Part shown: piece after piece, positions 16,307 to 24,357 of the stretch
Layout of the letters: the number at the start of each line of letters is the position of its first letter
Position numbering within the stretch: position 1 is the stretch's first letter
Source: Fibrobacteraceae bacterium
GTDB taxonomy: Bacteria; Fibrobacterota; Fibrobacteria; Fibrobacterales; Fibrobacteraceae
NCBI GenBank assembly: GCA_017631885.1
Contig: JAGBSH010000017.1
Span: 57,044 to 89,043 of the forward strand
Reading direction: 5' to 3'
Length of the DNA stretch: 32,000 bases
The notes under the pieces: generated by a model
What the model was told of the DNA's origin: nothing
Database searches by the model: none
Seen by the model: the letters and a program-made list of their open reading frames with translations, nothing else
Position numbers and translations under genes: made by a program

Positions 16307-18079
16307 TTATTTTATCGAATGTATCTGCTGCATTTCTTCGGGAGTTCTTGAAAGGACATCCCAATCGCCGCGTTTTAAAATTTTATAGGCATAACCTTGC
16401 TCTGTTAAGAACAACTGGCGATTCATAGCAAATTCTTGTTCTTTGGAATCTTGTGTGACAATGCTGTAGAAATGAGCTTCACCGCCGTCACTTTTAGGGC
16501 GAAGAACCCGGCCAAGACGCTGGGCTTCTTCTTGACGACTTCCAAAAGTTCCAGAAATCTGAATGAGAACGTTGGCATCCGGCAAGTCTATGGCAAAGTT
16601 TCCGACTTTGGAAATCATTAAATTTTTTAATTTGCCTTTTCTAAAAGCATCGTATAAAACATCACGTTCTTTGTTTGGCGTTTTACCTGTGATTAAAGGG
16701 ATGTTTAATTCTTCTGAAAGTGCTGTTAATTGTTCTATGTATTGCCCAATAATTAGAATGCGGTCGGTTTCTTTGGCATAATAACCAAGCAGCCTTTTTA
16801 CTATGTCTGTTTTTTCTGGATTGGTGCTTGCAATTGTGATTTTTTCCCGAACACTTGCTAATGCATATTTCATTTTTAATTCTGCATTCATAGGAATGCG
16901 GATTTCGTTGCATTCTGCTTTGGCTATCCAACCCTGGCTTTCAAGAACTCGCCATGGTATATCGTATTTTTTAGGACCGATTAAAGAGAATACTTCTGTT
17001 TCTTTTCCGTCTTCACGGACAAGTGTTGCTGTAAGACCTATGCGCCTTGTGGCTTGCATTTCTGCACTTAAACGAAATACTGGTGCTGGAAGCAAGTGAA
17101 CTTCGTCATAAATCATTAAGCCCCAATGTTGTGCACTGAATAACGGGAAATAAGAGAGTTCTTTTGGTTCTTCTTTTTCTTCGTTGTCATCTGTTTTTTT
17201 AGGAGTGCGTTTTCTTTGCGTTAAAATCTGATATGTCGCAATAGTGACAGGGCCTATTTCTTTGACTTCGCCTGAATATTCTTTTACCTGGTCTTCTGTT
17301 AAAGTGGTTTTGTCCAATAATTCTCTTATCCATTGTCTTGAGGCTGAAACGTTTGGAGTGAGAATCAATGTTTTTGTTTGAATCAACGCCATTGTCGCCA
17401 TACCAATGACTGTTTTTCCAGAACCACACGGCAAAACAATCACCCCAGAACCGCCCTTTTCAGAACCCGAAGCGTAAAAAATCTGAGCAGCTTCTTTTTG
17501 ATAATGGCGTAGTTCAAAAGGGTTTCCGGAAAGTGTTGTTTCTCTGAGTTTTAATGGTAATGGGTCTCCAACTGTATAACCTGCTAAATCTTCTACAGGA
17601 AATCCGGCTAAAGTTAAAGCCATTTTGATATGACCACGACGTTCGGCATTTACAATAGCGGATGTGCTTGATAATTTTTTTTCAATAAATGGAGTAATTT
17701 CTTTTAATTGCGAAATTTCCATAAAGGCGACAGGATCTTCTGAACTTAAAATCAATTGACCATTTTCAAAACGCAATTGGAGTAAGCCATAACGGCCCAT
17801 GTAATCTTCGATTTCTGTCAGAACAGAAACGGGTATCGGGTATTTACTTTGCGATTCTAAGCGTTCTTCGATATCTTTGGCTGTTAAACCAGTTGCAGCA
17901 GCATTCCAAAGAGATAAATGAGAAATGCGATAAGTATGTAAATGCTCGGGACTTTTTACAAGTTCTGTAAAAGGAGCAATAGCATCCCGTGCAGATTCAT
18001 AATTAGGATTATGGATTTCTACAAGTATTTCAAGATTACTTTGAACAATTATGGCACCATTTGGATTCATAAAGACCAT
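16307..18079 (-). CDS. XPB/ERCC3/Rad25-type SF2 DNA helicase
   Basis: Walker A LPCGSGKT, DEVH box, the RED motif in GLTATLVREDGKE, helicase C-terminal motifs (GTFGSRQEEAQRLGRVLR) and an XPB-like N-terminal damage-recognition-type domain. The start could be 18079 or the ATG 9 nt downstream. Confidence 0.92.
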   Translation of the reverse strand: MVFMNPNGAIIVQSNLEILVEIHNPNYESARDAIAPFTELVKSPEHLHTYRISHLSLWNAAATGLTAKDIEERLESQSKYPIPVSVLTEIEDYMGRYGLLQLRFENGQLILSSEDPVAFMEISQLKEITPFIEKKLSSTSAIVNAERRGHIKMALTLAGFPVEDLAGYTVGDPLPLKLRETTLSGNPFELRHYQKEAAQIFYASGSEKGGSGVIVLPCGSGKTVIGMATMALIQTKTLILTPNVSASRQWIRELLDKTTLTEDQVKEYSGEVKEIGPVTIATYQILTQRKRTPKKTDDNEEKEEPKELSYFPLFSAQHWGLMIYDEVHLLPAPVFRLSAEMQATRRIGLTATLVREDGKETEVFSLIGPKKYDIPWRVLESQGWIAKAECNEIRIPMNAELKMKYALASVREKITIASTNPEKTDIVKRLLGYYAKETDRILIIGQYIEQLTALSEELNIPLITGKTPNKERDVLYDAFRKGKLKNLMISKVGNFAIDLPDANVLIQISGTFGSRQEEAQRLGRVLRPKSDGGEAHFYSIVTQDSKEQEFAMNRQLFLTEQGYAYKILKRGDWDVLSRTPEEMQQIHSIK

Positions 18080-18126
18080 ATTTAGAAAATTTTAGGGAAA
18101 GAAACGATTTTAAACAAGAACTTCAT

Positions 18127-18155
18127 AAAAAAAGTCTAGTACAGAGACTAGACTT
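18127..18155 (-). terminator. terminator after tRNA-Thr
   Basis: AAGTCTAGT (18132-18140) / ACTAGACTT (18147-18155). The A-run 18127-18133 is a T-run on the minus strand. Confidence 0.75.
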
Positions 18156-18158
18156 GAG

Positions 18159-18231
18159 AGCCACCCAGCGGACTTGAACCGCCGACCTGCTGATTACGAA
18201 TCAGCTGCTCTACCAACTGAGCTAGAGTGGC
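18159..18231 (-). tRNA. tRNA-Thr (anticodon CGT)
   Basis: The reverse complement is GCCACTCTAGCTCAGTTGGTAGAGC...; anticodon stem GCTGA/TCAGC with loop TTCGTAA, a GGTTCAAGTCC T-arm, and acceptor GCCACTC/GGGTGGC. Confidence 0.9.
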
Positions 18232-18238
18232 ATAGCGA

Positions 18239-18268
18239 CAAATTTAGAACAATCATGTTGAATGTCAA
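18239..18268 (-). promoter_or_regulatory. candidate promoter of tRNA-Thr
   Basis: Minus strand reads TTGACA-N16-TAAATTTG, ending 7 nt before the tRNA 5' end. Confidence 0.55.
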
Positions 18269-18335
18269 GGGGAGAAAATGAAAATGCCCTTGTAGATTTA
18301 TATATTTGAGACATTCTTATTTTCAAGAGGATTTT

Positions 18336-18950
18336 ATGGCTTCCCTGGTAGTTGTTGATTATGGTGCAGGTAATTTAACTTCTGTTGCTAATGCTTTGAC
18401 TTACATAGGTGAAAAACCTGTCGTTAGTTCTTTGCCAGAAGAAATTCGATTGGCCGACAGACTGGTGTTTCCTGGTGTTGGCGCTGCACGTTCTGCTATG
18501 GAAGTTCTAATAAATAAAGGTATTGGCGACGCAATTACCGAAGTTGTGCAAAAAGGAAATCCGGTGCTTGGAATTTGCATTGGTTGCCAAATTATCTTAG
18601 ATGAAAGTGAAGAAGATGGTGGAGTTAAAACACTTTCACTTTTACCAGGTAAAGCCGTTCGTTTTCAAAACGAACCTGGTATAAAAATCCCGCACATGGG
18701 TTGGAATCAAGTTTACTGGACAAAAGAACACGATTTATTTAAAGGAATTCCTTCTGGTAGTGAATTCTATTACGTTCATTCTTACCACCCTTCTGTTAAA
18801 GAAGAATTTGCTTTTGCAAAAACAACTTACGGTACACAAACTTTCCCAGGTGTTGTCGGTAAAGAAAATTTAATGGCTGCTCAATTTCATTTAGAAAAAA
18901 GTGGCGATGTTGGTCTTCGTTTTTTAAAGAACTTTTGTTCTTGGGGTTAA
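18336..18950 (+). CDS. hisH: imidazole glycerol phosphate synthase, glutamine amidotransferase subunit
   Basis: Start moved to the ATG at 18336 (MASLVVVDYGAGNL), which has an AAGAGGA RBS. Class-I GATase triad context: GICIGCQ and QFHLEKS. Confidence 0.9.
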   Translation: MASLVVVDYGAGNLTSVANALTYIGEKPVVSSLPEEIRLADRLVFPGVGAARSAMEVLINKGIGDAITEVVQKGNPVLGICIGCQIILDESEEDGGVKTLSLLPGKAVRFQNEPGIKIPHMGWNQVYWTKEHDLFKGIPSGSEFYYVHSYHPSVKEEFAFAKTTYGTQTFPGVVGKENLMAAQFHLEKSGDVGLRFLKNFCSWG

Positions 18951-18981
18951 TTTAGAACTTGCTTATAATTAGGGTTGAATT

Positions 18982-19326
18982 ATGATTTCAGAAAATGATT
19001 TACAAGAAGTCCAGAAAAAAACTCTTGCAGAACAAATTGAACGTATTGAAAATCTTCTTGAAGGGAAAAACTGCCCTCGTGCGTTTGAACTTTCTCTTTT
19101 GCTTGCACTTAAAATGGCAAAAGAATTACAAGATGGCAAAGAGCTCGGCTCTGAATCTGGAGAAATGGTTGCTACTTGGACAGAACTCTACCCTGCTTCT
19201 ATTGTAGAAGAAGCCATTATTGGCGCAAAGGAATTTTTACTCAATCCATCAAGGCTTGCTGACAAAATCAAAGAAACTCTTTTGAACGCGAAGGAAGAAA
19301 AAAAAGATGAAACAAAAACTTCCTGA
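18982..19326 (+). CDS. hypothetical acidic protein (114 aa)
   Basis: Track ORF in an operon position between hisH and the Ppx/GppA gene. Predicted to be helical and Glu/Lys-rich. No family recognised. Confidence 0.55.
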   Translation: MISENDLQEVQKKTLAEQIERIENLLEGKNCPRAFELSLLLALKMAKELQDGKELGSESGEMVATWTELYPASIVEEAIIGAKEFLLNPSRLADKIKETLLNAKEEKKDETKTS

Positions 19327-20302
19327 TTTAAGAGCCGCTATTGATATTGGGAGTCATAGTTGCATTCTTTTGATTGCAGCTTTTGAAACAGATGAAAGCG
19401 GAAAAGAAAAACTTGTTCCAAAAATCCAGAAAGTTGAAGTTTGCAGACTTGGCGAAGACATTTATGAATCAGGGAAAATTACCGCAGAAAGGCAAGAAGA
19501 ACTTTCAAGAATTCTTTCCCGATTCCGCTCAGATGTTCATGCACTTGGGGCAAAAATAAATGAAGCCGTAGCTACAGAAGCTATGCGTAAAGCAGAAAAT
19601 TCCGAAGAAGTTTTAGATTCTATAGAAAAAGCCCTTTGGAAAAGACCTCGCATTATTTCTGGCGAAGAAGAAGCCTCTTATACATACCGAGCTGTTACTG
19701 AATGGCATGGAGAAGACATTGTCACAATAGATATTGGCGGCGGTTCAACAGAACTTTGTTTTCAAAAAAAATCTATGTCTATTCCTGTTGGCGCTCTTTT
19801 ACTTTTCAAAAAAATGGGCGCTGTCCCTGGGCCTGAATATAAAGCGTTTGCTAAAGAAACTTTAAAAAATAATCCGGTTAAAGCATTTGCAAAAAAAAGT
19901 GTTTTTCTTGTTGGTGGAACGGCAACTGCTTTGGCTATGGTCTTTTTGAATATCCCTCAGTTTGATTACGAAAAACTTGAAGGCATTGAAATGACTTTGA
20001 ATGATTTAGAAATGACTATTACGCGCATTGTAAATCTTTCAAAGGAATTACGCTCAGCTTTACCTGGATTAGGTGGTGGCCGAAGTGATGTTATCATTTG
20101 TGGTCTTTATTGGCTACGTTCTCTTTTAGAAAGGCTTCATGTTGAAACGTTCCGCATAAGCACTGCTGGTTTACGTTTTGGTATTTTATACCCTCCACAA
20201 GAAGAAATTCTAGAACCTGAAAAACCTAAAAGAAAATTTCCATTCCAAAAAAAGAATCTTACACCTGAAGTTCAAGTGGAGGCAGAACATGCGGCTGAAT
20301 AA
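19307..20302 (+). CDS. Ppx/GppA-family phosphatase (short form, no HD domain)
   Basis: ASKHA-fold phosphate motifs AIDIGSHSCILLIA and TIDIGGGSTEL. 331 aa. Confidence 0.88.
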   Translation: MKQKLPDLRAAIDIGSHSCILLIAAFETDESGKEKLVPKIQKVEVCRLGEDIYESGKITAERQEELSRILSRFRSDVHALGAKINEAVATEAMRKAENSEEVLDSIEKALWKRPRIISGEEEASYTYRAVTEWHGEDIVTIDIGGGSTELCFQKKSMSIPVGALLLFKKMGAVPGPEYKAFAKETLKNNPVKAFAKKSVFLVGGTATALAMVFLNIPQFDYEKLEGIEMTLNDLEMTITRIVNLSKELRSALPGLGGGRSDVIICGLYWLRSLLERLHVETFRISTAGLRFGILYPPQEEILEPEKPKRKFPFQKKNLTPEVQVEAEHAAE

Positions 20303-20990
20303 ATTCATTTCTTTGTGTGGGTTTGCTTCAAGGCGAGCAGCAGATGAACTCATTAAAGAACAAAAAGTTTCTGTGAATGGAGAAATCGTTCAAGACCTTG
20401 GGCGACAAGTTCAAGAATCAGACTTAGTTGAAATTGAAGGCAAAAAACTTTCTTTGCCACAAAAGACAACTGTTATTGCTTTTCATAAACCAGCAGGTTG
20501 CGTTTGCACTTGCAAAGACCCACAAAAAAGACAAACTGTTTATGATTTCTTGCCGCCAGGTTATAAAGGTTTGAAATACATTGGCCGACTTGATTTACAA
20601 AGCCGTGGCTTATTGCTTTTTACAGATGATGGCGAACTCGCTCACAGACTTACTTTACCGAAATATAAAATTCTCAGGCATTACCTTGTCTGGACAGATT
20701 CTCCTGTAAAAAAATCCGACGCTGAACAATTGATTGAAGGTATTGATCTTAAAGACGGCATTAAAGGTTTTGCTGAAGCTGTGTTCTTTGAAGAGGGCTG
20801 CATAGAACTTGTTCTTTCTGAAGGTAAAAACAGAGAAATCAGAAAAATGATGGCCGCGATTGGATATGAAATTGAAGACTTACAACGCATTGCTTATGCC
20901 GACATTGATTTAGGTGATTTGGCTAGTGGTGATTATCGCGAACTTTCAGATAAAGAAGTTCAATTGCTAAAAAAATCTTGTGGCCTTTAA
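20289..20990 (+). CDS. pseudouridine synthase, RsuA/RluB family, with an N-terminal S4 domain
   Basis: S4-like segment MRLNKFISLCGFASRRAADELIKEQKVSVNG. Catalytic segment GRLDLQSRGLLLFTDDGELAHRL. Also EGKNREIRKM. Confidence 0.9.
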   Translation: MRLNKFISLCGFASRRAADELIKEQKVSVNGEIVQDLGRQVQESDLVEIEGKKLSLPQKTTVIAFHKPAGCVCTCKDPQKRQTVYDFLPPGYKGLKYIGRLDLQSRGLLLFTDDGELAHRLTLPKYKILRHYLVWTDSPVKKSDAEQLIEGIDLKDGIKGFAEAVFFEEGCIELVLSEGKNREIRKMMAAIGYEIEDLQRIAYADIDLGDLASGDYRELSDKEVQLLKKSCGL

Positions 20991-21760
20991 TGAAACGCAC
21001 TTTATACATTGGCGATGTTCATGGTTGTGCTTACGAACTAGAAAGCATCATTGATGCTTTTGGTTTTGTTGAAGGAAGTGATTCACTTTACCAAACAGGC
21101 GATATTATCAATAAAGGTCCAGATATGCTTCGCTGTTTTTCTCTTATTGAAAAATTTGGAATAAAAACAGTTCGAGGGAACCACGAAGAACACTTGATTC
21201 ACATGATGGAGTCTGATGAATCTTCTTGGACGGAAAAGCAAAAACAAAGATTTGCCCGCTTGCCTATGAACGATTGGCAATATATTTACCAGACTGTTAA
21301 AAAATGGCCTCTTTATCGCGATACACCATTCGCTCTTTTAGTTCATGCAGGTCTAGAGCCAGGCAAAAAAAATCTTGATGAGATGTCTCCTAAGGTTCTA
21401 CTTTCAATCAGAGAGTGGAACGGCAAGCCTTGGTTTGAACAAGTTTCGTGGGAAAAGCCAATTATTTTTGGACATTGGGCTAAAATGGGACTTGTTCAAA
21501 AGCCAAATTTTATTGGCCTTGATTCTGGGTGCGTTTATGGTAAAGCTTTAAGTGCTTATTGCCCTGAAGAAGATAAATTTTATTCTATCCCAGCTAAACG
21601 AGTTTATTCGCCTGTAAAGAAAAGCATTGAAACGGCAACGGAAGCGCCTTGTCTTTTCCCTGAAGAACGTAAAGAGAGTTCTTCTGAATCGGCATATTAT
21701 CGTGAAATAAATGTTCTTGCCCCTGATTTAATAAAAGAATGGGGAAATTCTGTTGGCTAA
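20990..21760 (+). CDS. apaH: ApaH-like metallophosphoesterase (putative bis(5'-nucleosyl)-tetraphosphatase)
   Basis: Start at the ATG of a TAATG stop/start overlap. Motifs occur in the ApaH order: IGDVHGC, GDIINKGPD, RGNHEEHL, VHAGLEP, FGHWA, LDSGCVYG. Confidence 0.75.
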   Translation: MKRTLYIGDVHGCAYELESIIDAFGFVEGSDSLYQTGDIINKGPDMLRCFSLIEKFGIKTVRGNHEEHLIHMMESDESSWTEKQKQRFARLPMNDWQYIYQTVKKWPLYRDTPFALLVHAGLEPGKKNLDEMSPKVLLSIREWNGKPWFEQVSWEKPIIFGHWAKMGLVQKPNFIGLDSGCVYGKALSAYCPEEDKFYSIPAKRVYSPVKKSIETATEAPCLFPEERKESSSESAYYREINVLAPDLIKEWGNSVG

Positions 21761-21792
21761 AAAACATAAGTCCCTTGCAAAGCAAGGGACTT
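21759..21792 (-). terminator. terminator after tRNA-Arg (the hairpin also abuts the ApaH-like stop)
   Basis: AAGTCCCTTGC (21768-21778) / GCAAGGGACTT (21782-21792). The A-run 21759-21764 is a T-run on the minus strand. Confidence 0.65.
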
Positions 21793-21796
21793 AAGT

Positions 21797-21869
<73 letters not shown>

Positions 21870-21892
21870 GAATGCCTCTTTTGAGAGTGGTT

Positions 21893-21923
21893 CAAATATA
21901 ACCAAAAACAAGGATTGCGTCAA
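21893..21923 (-). promoter_or_regulatory. candidate promoter of tRNA-Arg
   Basis: Minus strand reads TTGACG-N17-TATATTTG. Confidence 0.5.
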
Positions 21924-22114
21924 ATTATCTAGGATTAAAGACTAAAAAATTTCTTTTGTTTTTCTTTTTAAAGAAATTCCTGTTCTTTGAGAGACAGGCA
22001 AAATCTTATCCGATATGAATTTTCTTGCATTCGTTCTAACTGATGATTTTTGTCCAAATTTTTCCGTTAAGGATAGATGCCGCTTGCGGTTCGGAGAGTG
22101 TGCTCTCTGAACGG

Positions 22115-22144
22115 AAAAATCGGAGCGCTGGCGCTCCGATTTTA
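22115..22144. terminator. GC-rich hairpin flanked by A- and T-runs; terminator for the substrate-binding-protein gene (-)
   Basis: ATCGGAGCG (22119-22127) / CGCTCCGAT (22132-22140), extended by A/T pairs. It reads as hairpin plus T-run on both strands. Confidence 0.75.
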
Positions 22145-22209
22145 TACCGCGATAGCCTGACCCTGGCTTGTTGACTTGTATGCCTAATTTTTATGCCAGG
22201 GAAACGGCC

Positions 22210-22995
22210 TTATTTTCCAAACCACTTGGAAGAAATTTCTGCGAATTTGCCATCAGCTTGCATGGCTTTTAAAACCGCATTGACTGTGTCGCGCAAGGCT
22301 TGGTCTTTTTTGCGGAAGCCGATTGCATAGACTTCGTCAGAGAGACCTTCTTCTAAAACGGTGTAGTCTTTTGCGTTTGTGACAATCCAGTATTTTGCAA
22401 CGATTTCATCTAAGAATACAGCGTCAACTCCGCCTTTTTCTAAATCCATGAGAGCGGTTTGGTTGTCATCAAATGGAACAATTTCTTTGGCTGCTTTTCC
22501 TGCTTCAGAAGCGTCTAACAATTTTTGTGCGGTTGAACCATTCTGGACGGCAATTTTTTTGCCTTTGAGAGATTCAAGATTGGCTAGTGCTTTGTCTTTT
22601 ACAGTGAATATCATTCTGTTTTTAAGGTATGGGTCGCTTAAGTTCATGGCTTTTGCGCGTGCGCTGTCAACACTCATACCATTCCAAATGCAGTCAATTT
22701 TACCTGTATTTAATTCTTGTTCTTTGGCGTCCCAAGAAATTGGTTGGGTTTTGAGTTCTATGCCTAAACGGGCGCAAACTTCTTTTGCTAAGTCTATATC
22801 AAAACCGATGATGTTGTTTTCTTTGTCACGGAACCCCATTGGTGGAAAACTGTCATCTAAACCTAATACAAAGACTCCGGCGGTCTTTACTTTGTTAAAA
22901 GATTCGTCTGTTTCAACTTTTTGAGTTTCATTTTTAGCTTCGTTACAAGCTGAAAGCATAATTGTACAAGCTAATAATGCAAACAATTTTTTCAT
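22210..22995 (-). CDS. amino-acid ABC transporter substrate-binding lipoprotein (SBP_bac_3 type)
   Basis: Lipobox MLSAC. FDIDLAKEV..., WDAKEQELNTGKIDCIWNGMS and GFRKKDQALRDTVN are typical of polar amino-acid binding proteins. AAGGAG RBS. Confidence 0.88.
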   Translation of the reverse strand: MKKLFALLACTIMLSACNEAKNETQKVETDESFNKVKTAGVFVLGLDDSFPPMGFRDKENNIIGFDIDLAKEVCARLGIELKTQPISWDAKEQELNTGKIDCIWNGMSVDSARAKAMNLSDPYLKNRMIFTVKDKALANLESLKGKKIAVQNGSTAQKLLDASEAGKAAKEIVPFDDNQTALMDLEKGGVDAVFLDEIVAKYWIVTNAKDYTVLEEGLSDEVYAIGFRKKDQALRDTVNAVLKAMQADGKFAEISSKWFGK

Positions 22996-23074
22996 GATAA
23001 ACTCCTTGATTTTTAATTCCTATGTAAATATAAGAAAGCTTTAATGAAATTCTCTTGCATTTTTTTTCTTTATA

Positions 23075-23104
23075 CAAAAATGCCACGGATTTTCTCCATG
23101 GCAT
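23075..23104 (-). terminator. terminator of the GH5 gene
   Basis: ATGCCACGG / CCATGGCAT stem (one mismatch) at 23080-23104. The preceding A-run is a T-run on the minus strand. Confidence 0.65.
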
Positions 23105-23126
23105 AGTATTTTATCGTTCTTTACGG

Positions 23127-24206
23127 TTATTTTGTTGCACAAGCTTCGTAAGTATCTGGGTTTTTGGCAAGGAATGATTTTACCAGTTCACCAGATGGTG
23201 TGAATACTAAAGTATCAAGGGTTGATTCATTGGCAAATGCTGCAGACCCTTCGTTGATTCTTGATGCAGACCAGTTAGCAGAAGATAATTTGTATTCATC
23301 CATCCAATCTTGCCAAACTTGGTTCTTTTCTGGGTCTGGAGTACCTTTACCATCGGCAGTTCCTGTTCCCCATTCGCTAACAAATATTGGAAGTCCGCCC
23401 TTGATTGCTTTTTCGGCATTGCCTCGTTCCCATTTGCCATGCGTGCCTGCGTAATAGTGGAATGTGTAAGCTACGTTATGTGCCGGGTCTTCTACTTCAT
23501 TTCCAATAGCTACATGTGGTTTTTGGTCCCAGTTCGGGTTGCCTACTAAGATTAAGTTGTCAGAATATTGACGGATTACAGCTATAATCTGGTTTGCGTA
23601 TTCACGGATTTCAGTCCATGGTTGGGATTTTGGTTCATTAAAAATTTCAAAAATGACGTTATCATAACCACCATAGGCTTCTGCCACTTCGGTGAAAAAT
23701 TGTGTAGCTTCTGCTAACTGGTCTGTTGCTGTGTGAGAATGCCAGTCAATAATAACGTAAATATCATTTTTTACCGCCGCTTCTACTGCATTCTTGATAA
23801 GTTCACGTTGGGCTTCTGGCTCTTTTATATAACCAGAGATTCCACCCCAGTTTTCTGTCGTTCCGATAGCTAAACGAACCACTTCTGCCTTCATTTGGCG
23901 AACGATAGTAGAAATTCCAGCAACGCTATAGTACATAGTAGCTCTGTCAAGTAAGCTCCAGTAAAGGCTCATTCCTCGTAATTGGACTTCGTTTCCGGCA
24001 GAAATTCCTTTACAAGCACCATAAATATGACCAATTCCATCCACTTGTCCAGCTTGCAATTGTCCATACTGACTTACCGGACCCACTCTATCTGCTAGGG
24101 AAATATCTTTTTCAATTATGTCCACCGTGATTGAATTGTCACCTTCACATCCAAAAAACGCGAACATGCCTAAAGATACTATTCCAAGTATTTGGCCAAA
24201 TTTCAT
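23127..24206 (-). CDS. glycoside hydrolase family 5 endoglucanase (cellulase), lipoprotein
   Basis: GH5 landmarks: LRGMSLYWS, IIDWHSH, IFEIFNEP (acid/base Glu), FHYYAGTH, IFVSEWGT (nucleophile Glu). I prefer the ATG at 24206 (MKFGQILG..FFGC lipobox) because ATGGAGAAAATTATG provides a GGAG RBS. The track start at 24218 remains possible. Confidence 0.9.
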   Translation of the reverse strand: MKFGQILGIVSLGMFAFFGCEGDNSITVDIIEKDISLADRVGPVSQYGQLQAGQVDGIGHIYGACKGISAGNEVQLRGMSLYWSLLDRATMYYSVAGISTIVRQMKAEVVRLAIGTTENWGGISGYIKEPEAQRELIKNAVEAAVKNDIYVIIDWHSHTATDQLAEATQFFTEVAEAYGGYDNVIFEIFNEPKSQPWTEIREYANQIIAVIRQYSDNLILVGNPNWDQKPHVAIGNEVEDPAHNVAYTFHYYAGTHGKWERGNAEKAIKGGLPIFVSEWGTGTADGKGTPDPEKNQVWQDWMDEYKLSSANWSASRINEGSAAFANESTLDTLVFTPSGELVKSFLAKNPDTYEACATK

Positions 24207-24357
24207 AATTTTCTCCATTTTTTAAGCCTGTGCACAAAAATTACTCTATTTTGATTTAAAAAAATCAAACTTTTTTATTTATTCTGTTTACAAATGACTA
24301 CAATTTTATCAAAGATTTTTTTCTTGTACAAATTAATTTATTTAGTTTTAACTTATT

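Noticed and set aside
15912-16364. Track ORFs 15912..16118 (-), 15916..16134 (+), 15943..16140 (-) and 16119..16364 (-) inside repeat copy B.
   Set aside because: The reasoning is the same as for copy A. In addition, 16119..16364 overlaps the 3' end of the well-supported XPB gene.
22036-22120. A CTGATGA ... GAAA combination reminiscent of a hammerhead ribozyme core.
   Set aside because: The sequence after CTGATGA cannot form the required stem II, and no stem I/III pairing brackets a cleavage site. It is a chance occurrence of short motifs.
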